A stretch of 37,980 nucleotides of DNA from a virus. Shown piece by piece: positions 8,539-18,679 of the stretch; position 1 is the stretch's first letter, and each line of letters starts with the position of its first letter. Location of the stretch: IMG/VR virus record IMGVR_UViG_3300014537_000008. The stretch is one strand, 5' to 3'. Under the pieces are notes generated by a model. It was not told the DNA's origin. It ran no database searches and worked only from the letters and a program-made list of their open reading frames with translations. The translations under genes and the position numbers were made by a program.

Positions 8539-8925
8539 ATGCCATATGTAGACTATCAGTATTACTGCGATGTGTATATGGGGGAGCCGGTTGAAGAAAC
8601 CGACTTCCCTCGGCTCTGCCTACGCGCATCCGATATGGTTGAGCAATTGACGGTATATAATTTATCGGTTAGTACGTTTGCGAAGCTGCCCGAACAGATG
8701 CAGGATTTTGTTAAAAAGGCTGTATGCGCACAAATCGAATACATTGACGCAAATGGGCAAAGCGAACTGTACACAAGTAACGGAATTCAGAGTGCAGGAT
8801 TGGGAAAGTTTAGCTATACGACTGGTGGGGCAATGGGTGATTTAACAGGAGGTACAAGGTATGCGCCCCTAGCCGTCTCTTATTTGGCCCCGACAGGACT
8901 TTTATATCGAGGTGGGCGGATATGA
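8539..8925 (+). CDS. head-tail connector (gp6/gp15-like)
   Basis: Size and order after the capsid gene. Confidence 0.5.
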   Translation: MPYVDYQYYCDVYMGEPVEETDFPRLCLRASDMVEQLTVYNLSVSTFAKLPEQMQDFVKKAVCAQIEYIDANGQSELYTSNGIQSAGLGKFSYTTGGAMGDLTGGTRYAPLAVSYLAPTGLLYRGGRI

Positions 8926-9263
8926 GGCCAATACCAAAAAAATTGCTCATCCACACGGCAACTCTCCACAAGGTCATTGACAAGGATCGGTGGGGAAATG
9001 AGAGCCTGGATGATGGAACGGCATTGCGGTTTATCCGCATGGAGCCGTCGTCGAAAATTGTCCGCGATAAAAATAACGCCGAAATTCAGTTAGCGGCTAC
9101 GCTGTTTTACGACTGCCACAATAGTCAACCGCAGGGACTTGAATTTGCAACAGATGATATCATCATGTTTGGTGCTCAAAAGCACAGTGTACAGATAATA
9201 GAGCCTCTATATGACGAGGGGCGACTGCATCATTATGAGTTGGGGTTGATCAAACATGCCTAG
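8922..9263 (+). CDS. head-tail adaptor / head closure protein (Phage_H_T_join-like)
   Basis: 113 aa; conserved C-terminal HHYEL-type motif; gene order. Confidence 0.55.
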   Translation: MRPIPKKLLIHTATLHKVIDKDRWGNESLDDGTALRFIRMEPSSKIVRDKNNAEIQLAATLFYDCHNSQPQGLEFATDDIIMFGAQKHSVQIIEPLYDEGRLHHYELGLIKHA

Positions 9264-9663
9264 TGTAAAGGTCAAAATTAATTTTGCCAAAGCAGCGACA
9301 GTGGCAAAACTGAGGACGATGAATCAAGATGCGCTAACGCAAACAGGAATACAGGCTCTCAAGGACATTACGCAGCACGTGCCAAAGGATCAAGGCGATC
9401 TCCGAAATAGCGGAATTGCGCATAGCGATATAAAGGCTAAAAATGGAGTTTTTACGCTGCGATGGGATGAACCCTACGCACAGTATTTGTTCCATGGCGA
9501 GGTCATGCATGGCAATCCCACGAGTCGCACATATGGTCCCGAAAAGCTCAAATTTACAGCCGCGCTAGCCCGCATGGAATGGACAAAATACGCAGCCGAA
9601 GCATACGGGGATCGGTGGCAGACCGTATATCAGGCAGCCCTTAGAGAGGAGATGCGAAATTGA
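9256..9663 (+). CDS. HK97 gp10-like tail-component / neck protein
   Basis: DLRNSGI motif and size typical of the HK97_gp10 family. Confidence 0.6.
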   Translation: MPSVKVKINFAKAATVAKLRTMNQDALTQTGIQALKDITQHVPKDQGDLRNSGIAHSDIKAKNGVFTLRWDEPYAQYLFHGEVMHGNPTSRTYGPEKLKFTAALARMEWTKYAAEAYGDRWQTVYQAALREEMRN

Positions 9664-10049
9664 CTCCACAAGTCGATTTTATGCAGGAACTAGCCAAAGC
9701 GGCTGAACAAAACTGTGATTTGGATAGCAATATATCGCTGGAAGAGTTGTCACCGGGAAATAGTCTCTATGCAGAGTTGGGAGATGGATATACGGAAACA
9801 ACCTACTGGGACAAACAAACAGTACGGATGATACCCGTGCTTTTTTTGAGTCGTCATATTGACCAGACTCGATGCCTTGACCAGCTAGCTAGCATTTGTA
9901 ACTACTTCCAGCGGCTAAAAAAGTATCCGCAAGGGCAATCTTTTGCTTGGCTGGATGCAACAATTGCAAAAGAGCCATCCAAAATTGGCAGGGACGAGGA
10001 TGGTATGTATCACTACTCCTGTATCCTCAATTGCAAACTTTATTTTTAA
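9660..10049 (+). CDS. putative tail terminator / tail completion protein; TTG start
   Basis: Gene order (before the major tail gene); GAGAGGAGAT RBS. Confidence 0.45.
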   Translation: MTPQVDFMQELAKAAEQNCDLDSNISLEELSPGNSLYAELGDGYTETTYWDKQTVRMIPVLFLSRHIDQTRCLDQLASICNYFQRLKKYPQGQSFAWLDATIAKEPSKIGRDEDGMYHYSCILNCKLYF

Positions 10050-10070
10050 ATCAGGAAAGGATGATGAAAA

Positions 10071-10541
10071 ATGGCAGAGCCAACATTACCTAAGAATACA
10101 ATCACCCCAGAAATGAACTGGGAAACATCGGCCTATATCAACACATCTCCCGATACCGAAACCCCAGCATGGGCGGATTTGGGAGCTTTGACAAAAAACA
10201 TGTCCCAAAGCCTAAATGAGGTCCTATACCAGGCAACATATTGGGCCGATAAGGGCTGGGGCAGTACAGAGGTCACGGGTGCGCAGATGACATTGACGCT
10301 TACGGGTGACGTCAAACCTGGGGATGAGGCTAGCGCATATCTGTTATCGGATGATGTGTTGTATGGCCTCGGAAACGCACGAAAGACACACTTAAAACTA
10401 ACGAAGGGCGATAAGATTATTATTTGGCCTGTTACGCTTGCCAATATTACGCCGGCATATGGAGACTCCGGGGCGGTCAATGCGCTGACAGTCACAATCC
10501 ACGGCAACGGCAAGCCCGTAATTGGCACAACAGGAGCATGA
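10071..10541 (+). CDS. major tail protein (siphovirus type)
   Basis: 156 aa; order; followed by a strong terminator as is typical. Confidence 0.7.
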   Translation: MAEPTLPKNTITPEMNWETSAYINTSPDTETPAWADLGALTKNMSQSLNEVLYQATYWADKGWGSTEVTGAQMTLTLTGDVKPGDEASAYLLSDDVLYGLGNARKTHLKLTKGDKIIIWPVTLANITPAYGDSGAVNALTVTIHGNGKPVIGTTGA

Positions 10542-10566
10542 GAGGGGCTGTAATGGCCCCTTTTTA
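10542..10566 (+). terminator. rho-independent terminator after the major tail gene (GGGGC/GCCCC stem, T5)
   Basis: Read directly from the sequence. Confidence 0.65.
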
Positions 10567-10587
10567 AATTAATCAGGAGGACACAAT

Positions 10588-11010
10588 ATGGCATATCAGG
10601 CTAAGCGTGCAAAAAATCAAACAGAAATATTTGAACTTATCAACGACGATGGCGAGGTTGTCAATCATTTTGAGGTGCGAATTGATGCAGGTGGCTTTGG
10701 AAAACGTCTGTCCGAAAAATATGTTGAGCTCAGTCGGGCGCTGGCCGCGTGCCAACAAATACAAACAAAAACAATTGATCCGTCTGATGTAGATAGAGTG
10801 ATGGAGACAGTGGGGCTTGCAGTGACCGATATCCTGTATACTGTTTTCGGAGAAGCGGATGCCCGTAAAATCATCCAATTTTATGACAAGAACTATGTAG
10901 AGATGTGTCAAGAGGTGATGCCCTTTGTAACAGAGACCGTTTTGCCTAAGGCGCGCAAACTTGGCCAGGCGAATCGAAAACAAGCAATACAATCGTACAC
11001 AAAAGGGTGA
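10588..11010 (+). CDS. tail assembly chaperone (gpG-like)
   Basis: 140 aa, acidic, between the major tail and tape measure genes. Confidence 0.65.
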   Translation: MAYQAKRAKNQTEIFELINDDGEVVNHFEVRIDAGGFGKRLSEKYVELSRALAACQQIQTKTIDPSDVDRVMETVGLAVTDILYTVFGEADARKIIQFYDKNYVEMCQEVMPFVTETVLPKARKLGQANRKQAIQSYTKG

Positions 11011-11014
11011 TCCT

Positions 11015-11608
11015 ATGGGTTTTTTGACCGACCGGCAAGATACAATCATCCGGTATCGGCATCATAAATATCAGGTAAATCCGGCCTATGATATAGTCCT
11101 GCGTATGCAGCAAATGTACGAGGATGAACGCTTGGGGGATCTGGATAAGCTCAATACAGCACTGGCCATGCTAGTCGTTCGGCCTAAAAAAATCTGTCTG
11201 TCTATTGATGGTAAGATCGGCCTACTACAGGCAATAACAAACCACTGTATAAAAACGCCAGATCGCCCTATTGTGGGAAAACAGCAAAAGCTTTTTGACT
11301 TTGATCATGATGGGGAGTATATTTACTCTTCTTTTTTAATGGATTATGGGCTAGACTTGATGGCAATGCAGGGCCGGCTCTCATGGAAAAAGTTTATCGC
11401 TTTGTTTCAGGGGCTCTCGGATAAAACAAAAATCAAAGAGGTTATGCGAATTCGCGGGATGGAGATTCCGGCGCCAACCAAAAGCAACAAAAAAGAAATT
11501 CAGAACATCCTGGAACTAAAAGCCTACTATGCACTCCCTGCTAAAGGGCAAAATGGGCAAGGAGGCTTAGATGCGCTATTTGCTATGCTGGAGAGGGCCG
11601 CAAGGTAG
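11015..11608 (+). CDS. tail assembly protein (Gp15/GT-like); the ORF is open from 10961 in the +1 frame relative to the upstream chaperone
   Basis: AAGGGTGA RBS before ATG 11015; 50-nt overlap of the two open frames. Confidence 0.55.
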   Translation: MGFLTDRQDTIIRYRHHKYQVNPAYDIVLRMQQMYEDERLGDLDKLNTALAMLVVRPKKICLSIDGKIGLLQAITNHCIKTPDRPIVGKQQKLFDFDHDGEYIYSSFLMDYGLDLMAMQGRLSWKKFIALFQGLSDKTKIKEVMRIRGMEIPAPTKSNKKEIQNILELKAYYALPAKGQNGQGGLDALFAMLERAAR

Positions 11609-11614
11609 GAGGTG

Positions 11615-13969
11615 ATGGCAGTGGCAAAAGAGGGCGAAGTGATCTATGAACTTCGCGGCGATGACAGCAATCTGGAAAAAGACCTCAATGACGCAGAAAA
11701 AAAGGTCGAACAATCGGCAAAGAAAACTGGGGAGACGTCTGAAAAGTATGAAAAAGAGACGGGCGAAACTCAGAAAAAAGTCAAAGAGGACGTCACGCAA
11801 CACCATAAGCAACAGAATGATGAGCGTGAAAAAGACGATGAAGATTCTAGTCATCAACGTGAAGAGACCGCAAAAACGCATGGCGAGAAGCTGAAAAGCA
11901 TAGCTGCGGGGTCCGCAAAGGCTATTGGTGCTAGTATGGCGGCTGTAGGCACAGCTGCGGTTGGGATTGGTGTGGCTGCGGTCAAGGGCACAAATGATAT
12001 GGACCAGGCGATGAATGGTTATATCGCCGCGACGGGAAAAAGCAAAGAGGAAACCGAAAAGTATCAAAGAATTCTCGAAGACATTTACGCGAATAACTAT
12101 GGCGATAGCTTTGAAGATATTGCAGGTGCCATGGCCACTATGCAACAGCAAATGGGCTATATCGACGACAGTGAGCTTCAGGGTCTTGTTGAGTCGGCCT
12201 ATGCGTTGCGAGATACTTTTGAATACGATATCGCAGAGTCATCACGAGCTGCGGCAACAATGATGACGCAATTTGGCATATCAGGCGATGAAGCTATGAG
12301 CCTGATTGCGACGGGTGCGCAAAACGGGCTTGACTATTCGGGGGAGCTCATCGACAGTATCAACGAGTACTCCGTCCAATTTGCTAAAGTCGGACTTGAC
12401 GCGGACGATATGTTCAAAATTTTTCAAACGGGCGCTGCTACAGGCGCCTGGAATCTGGACAAGATCGGTGATGCCGTCAAGGAGATGTCAATCCGCGTCA
12501 TTGATGGGTCTGATACGACAGCGCAAGGATTTAAAGATATCGGCCTAAATGCGGATAAGATGTCCAAACAATTTGCCGCTGGTGGAGATAGCGCAAAGCA
12601 GGCATTCAAAGAGACGGTCAAGGCACTGGCAAGCGTCAAAGACCCGCTCAAGCAAAATACAGCCGGTGTCGCCCTCTTTGGGACCATGTGGGAAGACCTT
12701 GGGCCAGACGTCGTTACGCAGCTAGCCAATATCGAGGATGGTGCCTATGACGTAAATGACGCACTAGGCACAATCAAAGAGGTCAAATATGATGATCTGG
12801 GTTCTGCGATAGAAGGGGTCCAGCGGAATATTGAGTTGATGTTGCAACCTCTAGGGGAGCAGCTCATGCCGATTCTAAATGAGCTCCTATCCTCCGTCAT
12901 GCCAATGCTAGAGGAAAATGCACCAGTCATCATAGAACAAATCATGGGGATTGTAGAGGCATTGGCACCAGTCGTAGAGGCGCTGCTTCCCGTGATCCTA
13001 GACCTTATTCAAGAGGTTTTACCGCCGTTGACTCAGTTGATATCGGAGATTCTGCCGCCGATCATTGAGTTAATTTCGACTTTGACGCCTCTGGTGGCGG
13101 ATGTGATTAGTTCAATTTTGCCCATCTTGATCGAGCTCTTTGAAAAACTGATCCCGCCAATCATGCAGATTATCCAGGCACTATTGCCGCCTTTAATCGG
13201 GCTCATTGATGCGTTGATGCCAATTTTGCAGACGCTCATGGACCTATTGGACCCCATTATTGAGCTATTTATTAGTCTTCTAGACCCCATTGTAAACTTG
13301 ATTAGCGGGGCCTTGACACCACTCGTACAGGCGCTAGAACCTATTATCAGTGTTATCAAGACTGCGCTTATGCCGATTTTGCGCTCATTGGGGGAGCGTT
13401 TTTCGGAGACGTTTGGCGCAATTGCCGAATTGGTTGGAAATCAAATCAGCACTGTAAAAAACGTATTATCCGGGATTATAGAATTTTTGAGAAATGTATT
13501 CACAGGGAACTGGAGAGGCGCCTGGGAAAGCGTAAAAAAAATATTTGGAAGTATTTGGGAAGGAATTAAAAATGTATTTAAAGTCCCGATCAATTGGATC
13601 ATCGACGGAATTAACAAATTTTTAAAGGGCCTCAACAAAATTGAAATACCGGACTGGGTGCCATTAGTTGGGGGCAAGGGATTTGATATCAAATTGATTC
13701 CACGGCTCAAGAAGGGCCTGGATTTTGTCCCTGGCGACTATTTTCCGGCCTATCTGGATTATGGCGAACGCGTGTTGACTCGACAGGAAAACCAAATATA
13801 TACCGCAATGGGAGGACTGCGAGGAATTGAACAGATACTATCAGGTGGTGCGGGAAAATCTACACAAAATACTATGACTATTGAAGTTCCGGTCGTCCTA
13901 AACGGACGCGAGATCGCGCGCGTGACGGCAAAACCGACAGGAGAACGAATGATGTGGGAGGAATTATGA
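11615..13969 (+). CDS. tail tape measure protein, TP901-family core with a long LPP/IxxL periodic repeat region; alternative starts GTG 11612 or 11621
   Basis: 785 aa; Ala/Gly TM-like segment; conserved TP901 TMP core; repeats. Confidence 0.85.
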   Translation: MAVAKEGEVIYELRGDDSNLEKDLNDAEKKVEQSAKKTGETSEKYEKETGETQKKVKEDVTQHHKQQNDEREKDDEDSSHQREETAKTHGEKLKSIAAGSAKAIGASMAAVGTAAVGIGVAAVKGTNDMDQAMNGYIAATGKSKEETEKYQRILEDIYANNYGDSFEDIAGAMATMQQQMGYIDDSELQGLVESAYALRDTFEYDIAESSRAAATMMTQFGISGDEAMSLIATGAQNGLDYSGELIDSINEYSVQFAKVGLDADDMFKIFQTGAATGAWNLDKIGDAVKEMSIRVIDGSDTTAQGFKDIGLNADKMSKQFAAGGDSAKQAFKETVKALASVKDPLKQNTAGVALFGTMWEDLGPDVVTQLANIEDGAYDVNDALGTIKEVKYDDLGSAIEGVQRNIELMLQPLGEQLMPILNELLSSVMPMLEENAPVIIEQIMGIVEALAPVVEALLPVILDLIQEVLPPLTQLISEILPPIIELISTLTPLVADVISSILPILIELFEKLIPPIMQIIQALLPPLIGLIDALMPILQTLMDLLDPIIELFISLLDPIVNLISGALTPLVQALEPIISVIKTALMPILRSLGERFSETFGAIAELVGNQISTVKNVLSGIIEFLRNVFTGNWRGAWESVKKIFGSIWEGIKNVFKVPINWIIDGINKFLKGLNKIEIPDWVPLVGGKGFDIKLIPRLKKGLDFVPGDYFPAYLDYGERVLTRQENQIYTAMGGLRGIEQILSGGAGKSTQNTMTIEVPVVLNGREIARVTAKPTGERMMWEEL

Positions 13970-14631
13970 TGTTTATCAATGGGGTATCAGTGGAAGCGTT
14001 AGGGGCACACTTAAAGGAGGGGTATAGCGTGTCCGGCGCCCCCTTGACAAATGCATACCATAAAGGAAAAAATCGCACAAGTTTTGTCCTCCTGTCTAGC
14101 GAGATTGGGCTAAAAACGATTACTCTCCCAATAGCTATCATTGGGGACAATCAAGCAGAATTAACGCGCCGAAAGCTCACAATGGATGCAGGGCTTTATG
14201 GGAAAAATGAGATTTGGTTGCCTGATGGATACTTTTATACAACGATTTTGGAATCGATGGGAGAGCCAGTTTTTTTTGGCGAAACGGTCTTAGAGTGCAC
14301 CTATGTCCTCTCCGGCGTCCAGCATGATGCTAAGATACAAACAACAGGGCCAGTGGTCTTTTGCCAGTCAACAATACCGCGTACGGACTGTGTTTTGACG
14401 ACAACGGTTAAGCAGGCGGCCGCAAGCTATAATTTTGATGGAGCAATTTTTGCAAATGTCAAGGCGGGTGATGTACTCTGTTTGGATGGGCAAAATGGAC
14501 GGGTTTTGATTAATGGAGGTCCAGGGGCACAGCGATGTGATTTTGTTGAGTTTCCCTATCTTGTGCCTGGACAAAATGTTATATCTGCGCCGGATACGGT
14601 CATAGTTGAATATTACCCAACGTATCTATAG
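13966..14631 (+). CDS. distal tail protein Dit (Sipho_tail)
   Basis: 221 aa directly after the tape measure gene; GGGAGGA RBS. Confidence 0.7.
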   Translation: MMFINGVSVEALGAHLKEGYSVSGAPLTNAYHKGKNRTSFVLLSSEIGLKTITLPIAIIGDNQAELTRRKLTMDAGLYGKNEIWLPDGYFYTTILESMGEPVFFGETVLECTYVLSGVQHDAKIQTTGPVVFCQSTIPRTDCVLTTTVKQAAASYNFDGAIFANVKAGDVLCLDGQNGRVLINGGPGAQRCDFVEFPYLVPGQNVISAPDTVIVEYYPTYL

Positions 14632-14640
14632 GAGGCTAGT

Positions 14641-16770
14641 ATGATCAAAGTGTTTTCAGGGGACGTTGCCTATCCCCTCAATGTTGATGACTATCACATC
14701 GTCGAAAAATATAGCGGTTTGCACGAACTGTCCTTTACAATTCCGGTTAAAAATGAGGCCTATCGATATATTGCGGAAGAATCCCCGGTCTGGGATGATG
14801 AGCTAAATTTTTTAGTTAAAGCAATCGATGAAGGGGACGACGATGCGGAAATTTTGTGTCAAATTGATCTTGATGGGTTAAAAACGTCTTTAGTCACTGA
14901 GTACAGCAATGACAGTGATACAATTTATAACACAATACGAAAAACGCTGCCGAGTGGATGGACGGTTGTGGATCAGTCTGGATCGACAATCCGCCGAACG
15001 ATAGAACTTGAGTCTGCAACCCCCCTAGAAATCATTGAAGCATGTCGGGATGTTTACGACGTCACATATCGGTTTGATTCAAGGGCACGCAAAATTACAA
15101 TTCTAAAACCAGACTATAGCGAGACAACGGGCGCTTTCATGATTGACAGTCTCAATCTGACAGAGCTCAACTACTCCGGCAAATCATCAGGACTTGTGAC
15201 ACGCCTATATGCACGCGGGGCAGATGGGCTAACTTTTGCTAGTATCAATGGGGGCAGAGATTATGTGGAGGATTTTACGTACACGGATAAAATCATATGC
15301 TCTTATTGGTCCGATGATCGATATACTGACGCGGAAAGCTTGCTTGCAGATGCAAAGGCCAAATTACGAGAGGCGGCAATCCCAACGCGATCGTATTCGT
15401 GCAACGTGATTGATCTAGCAAAAACAAATCCTGAAATGTATGGTTTTTTAGATTTTAGCCTTTACAAAGTTGTGACATTGATCGATCGAAATAAACGCCA
15501 GCGACTTGAGCATATGGTTGTTGAGTATACGCGATATCCAAACTATCCAGAAAAAAATATTGTAACGCTTTCCGCCACAGCTCCAAAAATCCAAAACACG
15601 GTCAAAGCACTCCAAACTCAGATCAATGGGCAAAACGAGGAAATCCGATCCAACTATCAGGCCATGCAAAAGACAATTGAGCATTCTACCGCTCTCATTT
15701 GTGGCGGTTTGGGTGGGAATGTTATTATCGGAACGGATGCAGAAGGGAAGCCAAATGAAATCCTCATCATGAACACAGCCGACAAGGCAACCGCCGTCAA
15801 TGTGCTGCGGATCAACCAAAACGGTATTGGGTTTTCAAAATCAGGGTATAACGGGCCATTCGAAACGGCGTGGACTCTTGATGGTAGTTTTGTAGCAAGC
15901 TATATTGTATCGGGGACGTTAGACGCGGGAAAAGTCGTCATCGAAAACTTGACAGCTGATAGAATTAGCTCCGGGCGGTTACAGGGGACGAGTAACCCCA
16001 GAATCTATTTTGATCTGGATACAGGAGAGATCACAAGCAGTAAGCTGATCAACCCAACTGATACAACTACAAGTGTCAATATTGTGTTTGATACGTTTCC
16101 ATTGGGTTTTGACGGCAGCACCTTTTTAGATGGGTGTATGCTCAAATTTTTGTATAAAAATCAAACAACGGGTGGGCTCATCACAGGAAAACCACGAGGG
16201 GCCAACATTGGCCTGGGGACAATGTGCCTAGGACTAAAGGCAGGCACAAATGGATATGTTGGATTTAACCAATACGGCGGTGTTGAGCTGGCACCTCTGA
16301 TGGAATACGCCGAATCGGATGCCCTTGACTGTAACATCACAGTCAATCCCGATGGGATTAGCATGGCGGGCACAGTCAACACTTTAGATGCTGTATCCAT
16401 GGCTGGCACGCTAGATGTCTGGAGTTATGCGACATTCCACGGCGGGACTAATGTTAGCTCCAGCCGGACAATCAAGCAGGATATTGCGCCGATATCAACT
16501 TTGGCGTTGAGTCCGCTAGATATTGTTATGAGAACTCAAGTCTATCGGTATACCCTGAAAAAAGACCTGGAGAAACGTATAAACTATGGTTTTATCGCGG
16601 AGGAGGCGCCCGACGAAATTACGACGCCTCAAAAAAAAGAAATAGGTCTGATGAACGCACTGGCTATGGCCTACGGCGCAATTCAAGAGCTAAAGCAAGA
16701 AATTGACGAATTAAGGAGGGAGCTTTGTGATCAATCTAAACGCAACGCTACTTGCCAACCAACGAAATGA
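14641..16770 (+). CDS. tail-associated protein Tal (prophage-tail N-terminal domain) with a C-terminal peptidase-S74 intramolecular chaperone domain
   Basis: 709 aa; order after Dit; C-terminal SSRTIKQDI...GFIAEEAP...IQELKQEIDELR matches the S74 chaperone signature. Confidence 0.75.
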   Translation: MIKVFSGDVAYPLNVDDYHIVEKYSGLHELSFTIPVKNEAYRYIAEESPVWDDELNFLVKAIDEGDDDAEILCQIDLDGLKTSLVTEYSNDSDTIYNTIRKTLPSGWTVVDQSGSTIRRTIELESATPLEIIEACRDVYDVTYRFDSRARKITILKPDYSETTGAFMIDSLNLTELNYSGKSSGLVTRLYARGADGLTFASINGGRDYVEDFTYTDKIICSYWSDDRYTDAESLLADAKAKLREAAIPTRSYSCNVIDLAKTNPEMYGFLDFSLYKVVTLIDRNKRQRLEHMVVEYTRYPNYPEKNIVTLSATAPKIQNTVKALQTQINGQNEEIRSNYQAMQKTIEHSTALICGGLGGNVIIGTDAEGKPNEILIMNTADKATAVNVLRINQNGIGFSKSGYNGPFETAWTLDGSFVASYIVSGTLDAGKVVIENLTADRISSGRLQGTSNPRIYFDLDTGEITSSKLINPTDTTTSVNIVFDTFPLGFDGSTFLDGCMLKFLYKNQTTGGLITGKPRGANIGLGTMCLGLKAGTNGYVGFNQYGGVELAPLMEYAESDALDCNITVNPDGISMAGTVNTLDAVSMAGTLDVWSYATFHGGTNVSSSRTIKQDIAPISTLALSPLDIVMRTQVYRYTLKKDLEKRINYGFIAEEAPDEITTPQKKEIGLMNALAMAYGAIQELKQEIDELRRELCDQSKRNATCQPTK

Positions 16771-18661
16771 CCAGATAGGCCCCCCATATCAGCTCATCAA
16801 GGGAGAGGCCGAAGGCCGAAAACTGACAATGCAGCTCATCGATGCTGATGGCAGCCAATTTGATCTTACTTCGGCGTCGCTTGTGTCTTTGTTTTTCAGG
16901 AAAAGCGATGGCAAAGACGGACAACTTATCTGTACAGTCGAAAATGCAAGTCAGGGGATCATATCGGTTGTATTCACCTCTCAGTCAGGGGCTGTTGCGG
17001 GGCCATATCGTGATTGCGTTGTAAAAGTCACTTGGTCTGATAGTAGCAATAGCAAATTTGCAGGTCCTAAAATCATGGTATTGGATTCCGCTTCTGACGA
17101 CGCCCCTATAAGCAGCAACGAATACCAGATATTAGACCAGCTGATCACCGATCAAACAGACGCGACAGCGACAGCGGTGCAGGCGGCGGAAGATGCGACG
17201 GCGGCAGCTCAGACAGCGACCGATGCTAAAACGGCAGCCCAAACCGCCGCTACAACCGCTCAAACCGCCGCGATTACTGCCACAGAGGCCCAAACTGCCG
17301 CAGAGACAGCCAAAACCGCAGCCCAGGCCGCAAGCGCCAGCGCAACAGCCTCTGCTGCCAGCGCTGGTACAGATGCAACGCGGGCAGAGACGGCAGCGAC
17401 ACAGGCGGTAGCTGCGGCCACAAATGTAGACCAAATTGTGGCAGATGCGGCGGAGGCCGTGAGAGATGACATTCAAATCGGCGGCCGAAACCTCCTGGCA
17501 AACTCCAACATTATTGAGACGCGGACAAAAGATGCGACTGATACAAAGATGTACTCGCTACAAGTAGTAGACGGCTATGATCTGGATACCCTCATCAACA
17601 AGGAGTTGACGGTATCAGTCTATATGGACAGCCCAGGCGAACGCGACTGGAGTTTGGTAGAAAGCGTCGGTATGCGAAATCGATTTGGAATATACGTCTA
17701 TATCATGTGGGCGAACGATGCTGGAGGGACAGAGACAACCTCCCCTGATACGAATCTGCTCAGTCAAGCAGTTGACGGGAAGCGCATACACGCCACAATC
17801 ACAGCGACGCCACCAGAGGGTTATACCCATATGACCAAATGTGCGGTATATGTCTGTGTGTATGCACGGCCGGCATCGACCAACGATGCAACCTGGGTAC
17901 TGTCTCGTCCACAGCTCGAGATCGGGAATATGGCCACGGACTGGTCCCCAGCGCCGGAAGACCCCGCCCCGGACGCGCTCAAACTGGGCGGTGTGGATGC
18001 AAGCAGCTATGTGCAAAAAAGCGACTTGACAACCACATACTGTACAAGTATCGATGATGCCACACTGTCAGATGGTTGGTACTACACGGATGGCAATACC
18101 ACTGGGACGTTTCCGAGCGGATATAGCAAGGTCGGCGTACTCTGTGTCCGGCAGAGCGGAAGTGCGGGATATACTCAACACTATATGAGTCAAGAGGGCG
18201 AAGAATCAAGTCGTGGGTATTCTTACGGCAGTTGGGCTAAATGGACCAACGAGGTAGGTACGTGGACGCCAGTACTCAAAACCAATACGAGCGCAACAGT
18301 TGATGCAACCTACACGGTACAGGAGGGATACTTTTCGAAAAGTGGGCAACTGGTACATGTTAGTTTTAGAATGGGATTCAAGTTTAACGCCTCTTTGTAT
18401 GAAAATGCAGTGTATATAGGCAATATGCCATACAAGGCACGCGCAGATGAGTGGGGAGGCATATGCGCGATAAGTGGAGTTGATTCCACGCTCGGCATCA
18501 CTCAATTTATGCTACAATCGAGTACGGGCGGCACATCATTTATGCTGGCTCGCAAAGAGGTCGCCGCAATCAAGTATGAAGATTTTAATAACCAGACGAA
18601 TACTGACTTGGTTCGATACTTATATGGCTCAATATCATATATTATCGCAGCCAGTAAATGA
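16727..18661 (+). CDS. receptor-binding tail fibre / upper baseplate protein (BppU-like N-terminus, Thr/Ala-rich coiled coil, C-terminal head domain); GTG start
   Basis: AAGGAGGGAG RBS; BppU-type N-terminus; heptad-like TAAQTAx repeats. Confidence 0.7.
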   Translation: MINLNATLLANQRNDQIGPPYQLIKGEAEGRKLTMQLIDADGSQFDLTSASLVSLFFRKSDGKDGQLICTVENASQGIISVVFTSQSGAVAGPYRDCVVKVTWSDSSNSKFAGPKIMVLDSASDDAPISSNEYQILDQLITDQTDATATAVQAAEDATAAAQTATDAKTAAQTAATTAQTAAITATEAQTAAETAKTAAQAASASATASAASAGTDATRAETAATQAVAAATNVDQIVADAAEAVRDDIQIGGRNLLANSNIIETRTKDATDTKMYSLQVVDGYDLDTLINKELTVSVYMDSPGERDWSLVESVGMRNRFGIYVYIMWANDAGGTETTSPDTNLLSQAVDGKRIHATITATPPEGYTHMTKCAVYVCVYARPASTNDATWVLSRPQLEIGNMATDWSPAPEDPAPDALKLGGVDASSYVQKSDLTTTYCTSIDDATLSDGWYYTDGNTTGTFPSGYSKVGVLCVRQSGSAGYTQHYMSQEGEESSRGYSYGSWAKWTNEVGTWTPVLKTNTSATVDATYTVQEGYFSKSGQLVHVSFRMGFKFNASLYENAVYIGNMPYKARADEWGGICAISGVDSTLGITQFMLQSSTGGTSFMLARKEVAAIKYEDFNNQTNTDLVRYLYGSISYIIAASK

Positions 18662-18679
18662 CAAGGAGGAGGTGATCAA

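Noticed and set aside
11576-12151. 191-aa minus-strand ORF, plus other minus ORFs inside 12424-14150
   Set aside because: Antisense to the tape measure gene, whose repetitive sequence produces long open shadow frames.
17132-17501. Several overlapping ORFs on both strands (Cys/Arg/Gly or Pro/Leu-rich translations)
   Set aside because: Artefacts of the GC-rich heptad repeat inside the fibre gene; low-complexity translations with no starts or RBS.
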